Below, piece after piece: positions 1 to 39,339 of a stretch of DNA of 39,648 bases; positions within the stretch are counted from its first letter, which is position 1; each line of letters begins with the position of its first letter. The DNA lies in contig NC_068991.1 in NCBI RefSeq assembly GCF_001194135.2, forward strand, positions 3,462,520 to 3,502,167, given 5' to 3'. Made by a program: the position numbers and the translations under genes. Source of the DNA: Octopus bimaculoides (Eukaryota). The notes under the pieces are model-generated. The model did no database searches, was not told the origin of the DNA, and saw nothing but the letters and a program-made list of their open reading frames with translations.

Positions 1-38
1 ACTGTTATCTACCTGCCATAATCTTTTTTAAAAAAATA

Positions 39-424
39 CTGTAGAACCTCGCAGTACGAGTGTCCCATTATACGAATAATTTGCTGTACGAGCCGAGACT
101 CGTGCGAATTTTTACCTTTAAGTTTGAGCGGCAATCCGCAGTACGAGCGAACAGATCGTCCCATCTTTAAGATAATTCAGTTAATAAAACCAGTTTATAT
201 ATTTCTTTTGCATTCTCTTTTTTTATAATTGTCATTTTACTTGTAACTACGCCTTTTCTGTTTTAAAATCCATAAAAGATTATATTGGGGTGGTTTTCGG
301 GGGCTAGAACGGATTGATTATATTTTAGTTAATTTAAATGGGGAAAATTGATTTGTAAAACGAGTAAATCGTAAGACGTGTTCGGTCATAGAACGAGTTA
401 AACTCGTACTGCGAGGTATCACTG
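39..424. mobile_element. pogo/Tigger-type MITE (Tc1-mariner superfamily, non-autonomous)
   Basis: 22-bp imperfect TIRs (CTGTAGAACCTCGCAGTACGAG 39-60; CTCGTACTGCGAGGTATCACTG 403-424), TA on both sides. Confidence 0.85.
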
Positions 425-526
425 TACTTCTATTTTTCGGACGAGATTCTGTGTTTTCATTTCCTTTTCTGCAAACTGACAAATTTAGTCCGAACACCCT
501 GTCGATTATGACTGAGAGACATCAGT

Positions 527-930
527 CTACTCAAAACGGCCGCCCTCAGCTTCCACTACGGCCTCAAGACGGCTCCGAAACCCGTCGCATGCGTTTCTCT
601 CTGTGTTCCTGGTAAGATCTTCAAACACCGCCTTGATGTTAGCCACCCGCTCGGCTTTGATGTTGCAGGTAGAGTGGTTGGTGTCTTCCACAACCACACC
701 CCTCACATAATAATTCATGGGATTAGAATCGGGAGAATTAGGGGGCCATAAATTGGGGTTGGTGAAGTTATACAAATTCTCCGACAACCACTTCTGCTTC
801 GTTCCAGACGCGTGGCAAAGAAGCGAATCATGCTGCCCCACATACGGCTTTCCAGCAGCAACCTTCTCCAGCCAGGGATTGACCACAATCTCCAACAGCA
901 TCACAGCTATCTCAACTGAGCCTTAAGGAC
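527..930 (-). pseudogene. Tc1/mariner DD37D (maT-like) transposase C-terminal remnant
   Basis: QHDSLLCH...WPPNSPDSNPMNY...RSRLEAVVEAEGG; 37 residues between second D and the third catalytic position (here N); N-terminal part lost at the 931 insertion. Confidence 0.88.
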
Positions 931-1005
931 TCACAGGCATATGGCATAGTGGTTAAGAGCGCGGGCTACTAACCCCAAGATTATGAGTTCGATTCCAGGC
1001 AGTGA

Positions 1006-1070
<65 letters not shown>

Positions 1071-1080
1071 NNNNNNNNNN

Positions 1081-1143
<63 letters not shown>

Positions 1144-1322
1144 CAACATCGAAAAACACCTTAGGAATGAGAACCCAGGTTCGAAATTTCGCCAAGACAC
1201 CTGATGAAGGCTGGAAGGTTTATCAGCCGAAGCGTTGTGTTAACATCAAACAAGATGAGGACAAATATCCGTCAAATGTAAATAATGTAAATAATTCCTC
1301 ATCTCTTAAATATAGAACTGTA
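931..1322 (+). mobile_element. tRNA-headed SINE-like element with (AAT)n body and hammerhead-like 3' half
   Basis: A box TGGCATAGTGG 942-952, B box GTTCGATTCC 987-996, anticodon-arm-like GGG-CTACTAA-CCC; 3' 47 nt recur inverted at 39291-39337 (45/47 identical). Confidence 0.8.
1196..1241 (+). ncRNA. Minimal type I hammerhead ribozyme motif (one core substitution, GAAA>GAAG)
   Basis: Stem I GACAC/GTGTT; CTGATGA 1201-1207; stem II GGCTGG/TCAGCC; GAAG 1229-1232; 2-nt palindromic CG stem III; GUU cleavage triplet. Confidence 0.68.
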
Positions 1323-1725
1323 CAACTTTAATTTTTATGCTCTCCAACGTCGCCGACAGTTCCCCAGTACATCAAGCTGGAGCTGAGAAAAGAAAGGAAA
1401 CATTAAAAAAAAAACCCCATCAAATTTATCGCGAACACCCTGTATATATACACACGCATATACACAAGGCGCATACTCACACACACAACCACTCCCACCC
1501 CTCCAAAATTTCTAATCAACCGTCTTACTTCCATGTAATCTTTAATTAACATTCAAGTGGTCAACACATCCTACCTATGTCCACTGCTGTTGCTGCTGTT
1601 GTTGTACTGGTCAGTATCAGATCAGATTAGTTTCGAGACAGGACATAATCTAATCCACTCGTCTTAAAACCTGTTTCAGCAGGGTCGGAGCCTTTCTCCT
1701 TATCTTTGTTTTCCTTTCATCTGCT

Positions 1726-1764
<39 letters not shown>

Positions 1765-1883
1765 ATGTGATGTTGTTTTTTGTCTGCGTTTGTTGTTATC
1801 TTGTTCGTTTTTATAAAATTCAATCGTCTCAAAACATATACGATTTCAATTAACAACCCGTCGTGTTATTTTTGGAGTGAGTG

Positions 1884-1918
<35 letters not shown>

Positions 1919-2128
1919 TTTCAGGGTAAACATTTGTGTGCTGCGGTTTGCTACAATACACCTTCTCTAAAAGCTGACCTCAATGTCTCATCAGGGGGTA
2001 AAGAAGCCGTGTAAGTGTTTCGGCCCCTCTTGCTGTAACACCAGAGCTGCTAAGGGCCACTTACATATGTAGGTGACAAAACTTCCTCACAACAGGCCGA
2101 GCTTTGTTGTGCCAGGGGTTGCGAATCT

Positions 2129-2347
2129 CAAGGCAGCGGCGAGCTAGCAGAAGAGTTAGCACACCGGGCGAAATGCTTAGCGATATTTTGTCCGTCTTTA
2201 CGTTCTGAGTTCAAATTTCCCCGAGGTCGACTTTGCCTTTCATCCTTTCGGGGTCGATAAATTAAGAAACAGTTGCGCACTGGGGTCGATTTAATCGACT
2301 GGCCCCACCCCCAAAATTTCAGGCCTTGTGTCTAGAGTACAAAAGAT
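2129..2347 (+). mobile_element. tRNA-derived SINE family A (GGCGAGCTGGCAGAA... head) with 11-bp TSD
   Basis: TSD GTTGCGAATCT at 2118-2128 and 2348-2358; B-box GAGTTCAAATT; family recurs at 2562, 11279, 29724, 37516. Confidence 0.88.
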
Positions 2348-2561
2348 GTTGCGAATCTGGGCCAGGATGTTTCTACCGTCCTCATGCAGTACCACTCCTC
2401 TTCTCCCATGAGCCAGATGTAATGGTTTGCTTTCCCAGCGACTTCTTGCAAATTTCTGGTATCGCAATTTCTCTCCTTCGCAACTAGTCCAAGATTCCTG
2501 CGCATCGAGTTAACCCAGATTCCAACAAATCCTCTGACACATGTCTCTACAGGGAGGTATA

Positions 2562-2760
2562 CTGATTTCAAATTTTGGCACAAGGCCAACAGGTTTGAGG
2601 AAGGGGCTAAGTCGATTACATCGATCCCAGTGCGTAACTGGTACTTATTTTATCGAGCCTAAAAGGATGAAAAGCAAAGTCGACTTCGGTGGAGATTGAT
2701 CTCGGTACGTGCCGCTATGCATTCTGCCCGGCGTGCTAACGATTCTACCAGCTCGCCGCC
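2562..2760 (-). mobile_element. SINE family A copy, inserted in HERO RLE coding remnant
   Basis: Reverse-complement similarity to 2129-2347; LINE frame resumes on both sides. Confidence 0.82.
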
Positions 2761-3289
2761 TTTACGGCAAGATACATTGCGTCGCATTCAATGTTTCCTC
2801 AGAGTTTAACCAATTCATTGTATTTTCCGGTTTCTTCGATGTTCGCATCCCAGGGAACCCTCAGCTCTACCATCTCTTACTGCTTCCCTTTCTTTGCTCT
2901 TTATTACTAGATCAGATGTTAGTGTTGCTGTCGCAGTCTGTTGTTCAACTCTGTTCCTGTTCTTCTACGTGTTGCAGTTGTTGTTGTTGCGGCTGAAGGC
3001 GATGTTGTTGTCATGATCATTGTCGTTGGCATAGTAACAGTTCTATTTGCTGTTTAACTGCGGGTTGACCCAAACGGAGCCGACGCCTGCATTCCATAAA
3101 GCATTCCAGCCGTCACCACTCATTCTGTTTAATGCAAATTCTAATTCATCCGACTAACAATTCTTCAAGGTGGTGCCCCAGCATGGCCACAGTCTAATGA
3201 CTGAAACTAGTTAAAAGAATTTTTAAAAATCTGTATATTCACTCAAGAATATGTCTGAAAAAAAAAAGAAAAAAAAGGGTGTATATCAC

Positions 3290-3366
3290 CAGCAGCAGCG
3301 GCAGCGGCAGCGGCAGCGGCGGCGGCAGCGGCGGCAGCAGCAACGGCAGCAACGGCAGCAGCAGCA
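3290..3366. repeat. (GCA/GCG)n trinucleotide tract
   Basis: cagcagcagcggcagcggcagc... seen directly. Confidence 0.9.
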
Positions 3367-3682
3367 ATAGCTTTGAGCTGATCAAGACAATAACATTCCT
3401 GAGGTGAATTTATTAAAGATTACGTTTGGTTAAGGAGGAGACACATATTGTGGTCGTTCCACTTGTCAACACCGCTTCATTGGGGGTTGCCGTGGTGGGA
3501 GAGGGTGTGTGTGGGGGGTGGGGTCAACATCCACCAGTCACCATTTAGTCAAATGTGTACAGTACCAGGCTGGGATAAATGTATGTATGTATGTATGTAT
3601 GTATGTATGCACGTATGTATGGATGTATGTATGTATGGATATATGCATGTATGTATGTATGTATGTATATTCATACATGTAC

Positions 3683-3715
<33 letters not shown>

Positions 3716-3752
3716 AAGAGAAGAGAGAAGAGAGACATATAGATAGAGAGAC

Positions 3753-3783
<31 letters not shown>

Positions 3784-3862
3784 TACACAGTCATACACAT
3801 ATATATACGTATAAATATATCTACATATATATTTATATATATACATACATACATAATGTATG

Positions 3863-3920
<58 letters not shown>

Positions 3921-5143
3921 TGGGCATTAACACACATGTATATGTGCATACATATATATATGTGTGTGTGTGCGTGCGTGTGCGGGCGCGTTAGCATTGT
4001 GGCGAATGAGTTCGAGTGGAGTTGGAGCGGGGTTGAGATTCGGGGCTATGAAAGGCAGACTGGGACTAACAGTACACCTGTAGACCTCGTCTGGTCACTT
4101 TGTGTGTCTGATCCGTCGATTTGGTCTATGGTCAACAGGTACCAACTAGTATTGGGTGTCACAAGACTAAACAACGACTGACTAACCACCCCTAACACAC
4201 CAAACAAACAAAACGACAAACAGACAGATCCGGGCCTTTAAATGAAATAAATATAGTCTTAGATTTGAGCCAATAATTGGAACGGATTCAATCCATGTCT
4301 GTTCGGCAACCTTTGTCTGCAGCTTTTGTCTTTAGGTCAGAAATGTTTAATTGTTGTTAATAATATTCTTTATGTCTGTCTCTGTATTGTCCTCCCATCC
4401 TTCGCCCTTGTGGCAAATAAATGAAATCATAATCATCATCATCATCATCATCATCATCCTCATCATCATCATCATCGTCGTTGTTGTTGAGTGAGAGAGC
4501 AGTGCATGCCATCAAAGTGATACAGGGGTACAAATATACAAAGCCCAGTCTACCATAATGATCTTATACCAAGATAAACAGCGCATGACCTTGCAGGTGG
4601 GGGTCCAGTTAGAATTTTCTTCAGGTCGAGATAGCCCACCCCGTTCAAAAGGTCCCCGAATAAGGGTTGTTTGAGGATGATGAACGAAACACTCCCCAGT
4701 TTCCCTTAAATTACATCCCTACCGTCTAAGTAATTGCTTAACGTGGTTATAGATATACCAAGTACGAAAGGAAAAGATAAATTAAAGATGGCTGGTCACA
4801 GACGGAACGCATATGGTTTTTAGTTTGCGCCATCGTGACTGACTCGCAGCTAAACACCATGTACGCCCGTCCACGACACAAGTTTATTCTCACGCATCAA
4901 CCTGTTCAAATAACTACAGACAGCAAGAGCTGTCTGGACTTAAACAAAAGAGTTGTGTCATTTCGTTAGCAAACCAGCTTGAATTCTGTAAATGGGGGTG
5001 GGGCCCAAGAAAAAGATTCATATATGTACATAAAAGCCTAGAAATGCTGGGGCTATCCCCCTCCCCAAAGAACATGGCACACTGATTCGCGTTCTCTAAA
5101 TACAATCGAAAGAAAAGAATAACTTGAAAATTTGTGAAACATA

Positions 5144-5545
5144 GGCGCAGGAGTGGCTGTGTGGTAATTAGCTTGCTTACCAACCACATGGTTCCGGGTT
5201 CAGTCCCATTGCGTGGCACCTTGGGCAAGTGTTTTCTACTATAGCCTCGAGCCGACCAAAGCCTTGTGAGTGGATTTGGTAGGCAGAAACTGAAAGAAGC
5301 CCGTCGTATATATGTATATGTATACATATTATGTGTGTGTGTGTGTGTGTGTTTGTCCCCCCAACATCACTTGACAACCGATGCTGGTGTGTTTACGTCC
5401 CCGAAACTTAGCGGTTCGGCAAAAGAGACCGATAGAATAAGTACTAGGCTTATAAAGAATAATTCCTGGGGTCGATGTGCTCGACTAAAGGCGGTGCTCC
5501 AGCATGGCTGCAGTCAAATGATTGAAACAAGTAAAAGAGTAAAGA
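5144..5545 (+). mobile_element. Composite tRNA-derived SINE family B (GGCGCAGGAGTGGCTGTGTGG head, microsatellite body, CAGCATGGCC..GACTGAAAC tail)
   Basis: A box TGGCTGTGTGG, B box GGGTTCAGTCCC; partial copies at ~11833-11990(-), 12345-12565(+), 15190-15350(+), 24495-24598(-), 26272-26410(-), 31368-31530(+), 32820-32892(-), 35670-35810(-). Confidence 0.85.
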
Positions 5546-6059
5546 GAAACATTCCAAGATTTATTCATTTGAGGTTCCTGGGCTGAGCACGTATACACAA
5601 AACTCAATGTGTATATTGAATGCACACACACACCAAGAACAATGAAGCACACACTCAGGTACTTTCAAAGTGACTTATGAGTGCAGCTTATTACCCCCAC
5701 ACATATACACACACCAACCAAGTCAGATAACCACAAACACCAAAATTCGTCTTGAATTTAACAAAAACAAAAAAGCCCTTCTCCTTTTGTTAGTGACAGT
5801 GACAGGTTTAATTTCTGCAAAGGTTAAAAGAAAAATGAGAAAAAGTTCCGAAAAAAAAAAAGACTTATAGGCAAGCTCTCCTATTTCGCTCTAGCAATGC
5901 CTCTTTCTTTACGCTTGAATGTTAAATCTTAAATCAAAAAGTCATCCATTGCCTGTTATATTACTTTATGTAAATAAACCAAAATATAACTGCTTCGACT
6001 TAATAACCACATCGTAAATTTATTGCCTTGAAAATACAAACACACTTCTACAAATATCC

Positions 6060-6200
6060 GCGAGGGTGAACCAACACAATAAGCATTATTTCGATCCGCA
6101 ACCAAAAATAGCGGTCGTCGTTCTGATTGGCTGAACGTGTGGTCACGTGGTATAATAACTTGGCTGAATTAAGCGAAGTTTTTGGCGCCACGTATTTTGC
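6060..6200. promoter_or_regulatory. CpG-containing putative promoter: inverted CCAAT box, E-box, E2F-like site
   Basis: CTGATTGGCTG 6123-6133, GGTCACGTGG 6141-6150, TTTTTGGCGCCA 6179-6190, in a locally CpG-rich non-repeat stretch about 3 kb upstream of the ATG. Confidence 0.5.
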
Positions 6201-6876
6201 CCTCATCATTTTAACATTCCTCAGAAGCAACGAAAGCGGTCTCTCTGTCTTCTTTCTCCTCATCTTCCTTTCTTCTCCTTGCTTCTTTAAATATTTTCGC
6301 CTTCCATTATCGTTCTTCCTCGCATTTCTTTTCTTTCTTTTCCGTAACACGCATCTTTCTATCTCCCCTGTTTCTTGGCATCGTGTTCGATTTATCGATC
6401 TAATCCATAACACCAACAATATCAATAACGAACAAGCCAAACGCGTTAGCCTCAACGTGGTTCCTCGACTTGCTAGAAATAGCGACTCGGATTTTCCTCG
6501 TGTCAAGTCCTACAGTCTTAAAATAAGTAACGGATACATCAAGAATGTAGTTCTACATATTTGTGAAACAAAACCAAAAACAAAAAAATACAGGATGTAG
6601 AGGGACAAAAGAACTACAAACCACTGAGGAAAAGAACTATAAACACTGCTCGACCTGCTAGAAATAGCAACCAAATCGTCGACTAATTCCGTCTTAAATT
6701 AGATATCCCTAAAACGAAAGATCGCCGTTTATTCGACCAGGGCTGAATAGGAGGGTTGTTGTTTAAACGACAAATATAGAAGTGACAAAACATCCACCGC
6801 CGCCGCTGCCGCCTCTGCTAGAGTCCCGCCAGTATCTGAAATAGTAGTAGCAGCCATAGAAGTATTGTTTAGTTAG

Positions 6877-6904
6877 GTTTCCAAGGGCAACTGTCCTAGG
6901 TTAC
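6877..6904. promoter_or_regulatory. Tandem RFX X-box-like motifs
   Basis: GTTTCC-AAG-GGCAAC 6877-6891 followed by GTCCTAGGTTAC 6893-6904. Confidence 0.35.
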
Positions 6905-7015
6905 AGTGAGTACAGATCTGTTGTCGCACAAACACATAGACTGACGTACACATATAACAACACATTCACGTACATATCTATCTTATATACGTAGGAGTCT
7001 GCATATAAATAGAGA

Positions 7016-7047
<32 letters not shown>

Positions 7048-7660
7048 ATACACTGTATACATACGTTTTGTTAAGTAAGCATTTAATAGATTATTGCTAC
7101 AGTATCAGTGCGTGTGTGGTATGAATGATATATCTATACGAATACACACACAATATATATATTTCCTGCGGTATGTATACGTTCGCATCGTAAAGATATA
7201 TACTTTTGTGCGTGGATGAGTTCTTTCTTCATCTGTCTGTGTGTGTGTGTGTGTGTGTGTGCCTGAACTTTAATGTGTTTCGTACAGAAATAAGTGTGTG
7301 TGTGTTAGTGCACAAATGATTTTTCCACAGTGAACCTGTTGCGTTGTGGTCTGGACTCGGTGCGTATGTACCTCTATGTAGCTACGAATTACTTTTGAAT
7401 GTACTTGTGTGTGTGTATGTGTGTGTGTGCTGTCTTTCTGGGTGTGTATGTAATTACAGGCGCGTGTGTATGTGAACTTCTAATTCTAAATTCTGCACGC
7501 ATCTGTTTGTAGCTGTGTGTGTGTGTGTATTACCTCTTCGGCCTGGGCCCACACACACACACACCTCTATAATGTACATGTACATTTCTGTATAACTGCA
7601 AAATTCTTTATGTATTTCTATGTGAATCGCATTTTATGAGCGTGTGTATGTGTGTGTTAT

Positions 7661-7822
7661 ATCAAAAATGGGGAAGGCCGGTTTATGGGATCACCTTAGG
7701 TTTCCCGTCCATAAAGGGGCTAGCTTTATGGCGTATTGTCAGACCCCAAAACCGGCCTTTTCCATCTCTGATATATACTGTTCTACATCTTAGAGTTTGC
7801 TTCTTCTCCTGGTTTATGTTTT
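7661..7822. mobile_element. Internally deleted copy of the palindromic element at 9593
   Basis: Left arm matches 9593-9685; joins the right-arm end at AAACC microhomology; same TACTG(T/C)TCTA(C/T)ATCTTAGAG tail. Confidence 0.8.
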
Positions 7823-8001
7823 CTACAAACGATATAAATATACATGCATATATATACATACATATACATATATATATANNNNNNNNNNNNNNNNNNNNNN
7901 NNNNNNNNNNNNNNNNNNNNNNNNNNNNNNNNNNNNNNNNNNNNNNNNNNNNNNNNNNNNNNNNNNNNNNNNNNNNNNNNNNNNNNNNNNNTATATATAC
8001 A

Positions 8002-8034
<33 letters not shown>

Positions 8035-8213
8035 GTGTGTGTGTGTGATGTATCTATGTGCTTTTGTGCATGTGTGTGTGTGACAACGACTAATTCTATG
8101 AGTGTGTTTGTTTGTATACACGTTCATTCCTATGTGTTAGTGTGTGATTAAAATTTGTATTCAACTTAATTAATCCAGCTTTATCACCTTGTACAGGTAC
8201 AACATCTACAGCA

Positions 8214-8245
<32 letters not shown>

Positions 8246-8860
8246 AACTAAAACGACCGTTTCTATAAGAATAACATTATCAACATCACAATCATCATCA
8301 TCATCATCGACGGGAAGAGAGTGAAAAGAGAAGCTGGCGATGGCGAAAGAAGCAGAAAAACGACAGCCGAGGAAAGGATGAACGATAGAGAGAGAGGAAC
8401 AAGAGAGAGAGGAGTAGGAGGAGGAGGAGTATGTGAAGACAAACCTCAACAACTGCAACCACCTCAGTTACTATTACCACCACCACCATCATCATCATCG
8501 TCATCACCACAACAACTATCATAAGACCATAGCATTCGACGTCGACATCATCACCACCAACAACAGTAAGAACAACAAAAGTTACGAACCGACGAAGGAT
8601 CCTCTGCGTGGTCCGTCGATCTGCTAGAAAGAGCAGCCAAGTTTCCCCTGAAGCCACGCCCTAGGATCGTAAACAAGTTAGGACACGGTTTGGATTGTTG
8701 GTCTACCCGATACGTTGTTTTGAGAAATTTGATATGGTCATGGTTGGAACGTCTTTGATCGTAGATCGGTCCAAATTATGATCGACCTGGTGCTAAACAA
8801 CAACAACAACTGTTACAATTACAACAAATCACAATACCTAACGATCATTCATAAATATTG

Positions 8861-8907
<47 letters not shown>

Positions 8908-9072
8908 TGCCGTTACTCCAGCATCTACATCAACAACACTTTCACTACCACCGCAACAATAACAGCATCAGCATAATCATCATCACCCACATCAACTACC
9001 ACCACGACTGTGACTACGACCAACCACCACCGTCAGCAGCACCATCACCACCACAACGTAATTAATATTTAA

Positions 9073-38205
<29,133 letters not shown>

Positions 38206-38345
38206 GTAAGTGCTTGACTTTCTGGAAACCCTTCGAGGTCAGATACCAAAGGACAAAAATAGATATACATATATATTTGCATGATTGATCGCTAAACCTT
38301 TTTCTATTTTCTCTTCTATTTTCTCTCTCTGTTTATTTCTGTGTT

Positions 38346-38383
38346 TCTTTCTGCTGAAGAGCGTAGGCTCGAAATGTAAAAGA
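38346..38383 (+). ncRNA. Second minimal type I hammerhead-like motif (A6C core variant)
   Basis: Stem I TCTTT/AAAGA; CTGCTGA; A; stem II GAGC-GTAG-GCTC; GAAA; TG; GUA cleavage triplet. Confidence 0.55.
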
Positions 38384-38860
38384 CTTTATCACCATCCCAA
38401 GCGTTAAACTTATAAATCTGTTTGCTGTTTACACACCTGGCATCGTCTTTTGTTTTTTTGTAAATTCTCACTATATATTTGCATATGTGTTTATTTATAC
38501 GCGTAGTTCTGTTATCATCCCTACCATCACCATCATTATCATCATCATCATTTAATATCTGTTTTCTATGCTGGTATGGGTTGGACAGTTTAGCAGGAGC
38601 AGGCAGGCCAGAGAACTTCAGTGGGCTTCAGTTGTCTATTTTGGCGTGGTTTCTCTGGCTGGATGCCTTTCCTAACACCAACCTCTTAGAGAGTGTACTG
38701 GGTGCTTTTTATATGTCGCCAGTACCCCTAAGCTCACAAGACAAAGACCTTGCTATTTTTGCCAATTTTTTTTACAGAATCAGAATATCCATAACCGAAA
38801 ACGTGGGTTTCCATTTTCAAAAAACAGTTGGCAGGCGGGCTTACGTCTCCGCCATGTGTG

Positions 38861-38952
<92 letters not shown>

Positions 38953-39290
38953 GAGAGACAGAGATTATGATGATGTGTAGGCGTTGGTTATGTCTGGTCA
39001 GAAACTTAATCATTGCTTTCACATCTATTATTGTTCTTGATAATACAGGCAACTTGCCAAATCTTCTGGCTGTAGGCAGATGGATTTTTTTTCTGATGTG
39101 GGGTAAGATTAATGTTGGTCAGCATGGTGATGAAAAGAAAAAAAGAAAAAAGCCTCGAATTGAAATTCTTTGAAGTGAAACTTAGTGGAGTTATCTCCCT
39201 TTGAACAGTTCCTGTTCTACAAATCCAGACGTTTCACCGATTCTATTATGCTGAGGGACATATTTGAATCCGTAAGAACATCATTCGTTG

Positions 39291-39337
39291 TACAGTTCTA
39301 CATTTAAGAGATGAGGAATTATGTACATTATTTACAT
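39291..39337 (-). mobile_element. 3' terminus of a second copy of the 931-1322 element
   Basis: Reverse complement ATGTAAATAATGTACATAATTCCTCATCTCTTAAATGTAGAACTGTA versus 1276-1322, 45/47 identical. Confidence 0.85.
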
Positions 39338-39339
39338 AA

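Larger units (their letters stand above)
1917..2916 (-). mobile_element. HERO-like (R2 group, restriction-like endonuclease) non-LTR retrotransposon 3' remnant, interrupted by two SINEs
   Basis: Minus strand DLVIKSKE..MVELRVPWDANIEE..KYNELV..YL[SINE]PVETCVRGFVG..LQEVAGKANHYIWL, the PD..ELxVPWE..K..PVEVGCRGF RLE pattern; frameshift and stop present; 3'UTR runs to a (CA)n tract. Confidence 0.78.

Noticed and set aside
931-1005. Functional tRNA gene (anticodon-loop-like CTACTAA)
   Set aside because: A and B boxes are present, but no acceptor stem or proper T-stem closes, and it runs into (AAT)n and a repeat body; treated as a SINE head.
3448-4181. YI/VC/THTH-rich ORFs here and at 33627-34365, 25920-26297, 38479-39173
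   Set aside because: Translations of (TA)n, (TATG)n, (CA)n and (GA)n microsatellites.
4676-4692. GATGATGAACGAAACAC as a further hammerhead core
   Set aside because: No C3, no stem II between the two halves, and no supporting stems I/III found.
5478-5535. SINE family B tail (…CAGTC-AAAT-GAYTG-AAAC) as a ribozyme
   Set aside because: It has a hairpin and GAAAC but no CUGANGA; more likely a retroposon 3' recognition stem-loop.
6048-6600. ORFs 6048-6506(-) and 6127-6600(+) as genes
   Set aside because: They arise from a pyrimidine/purine-biased tract and SINE-tail fragments; no recognisable domain or splice support.
6464-6672. Direct repeat CTCGAC(T/C)TGCTAGAAATAGC(G/A)AC as paired RFX sites
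   Set aside because: The same word recurs at ~8615 and inverted at ~32615, so it is a fragment of a dispersed SINE-type repeat.
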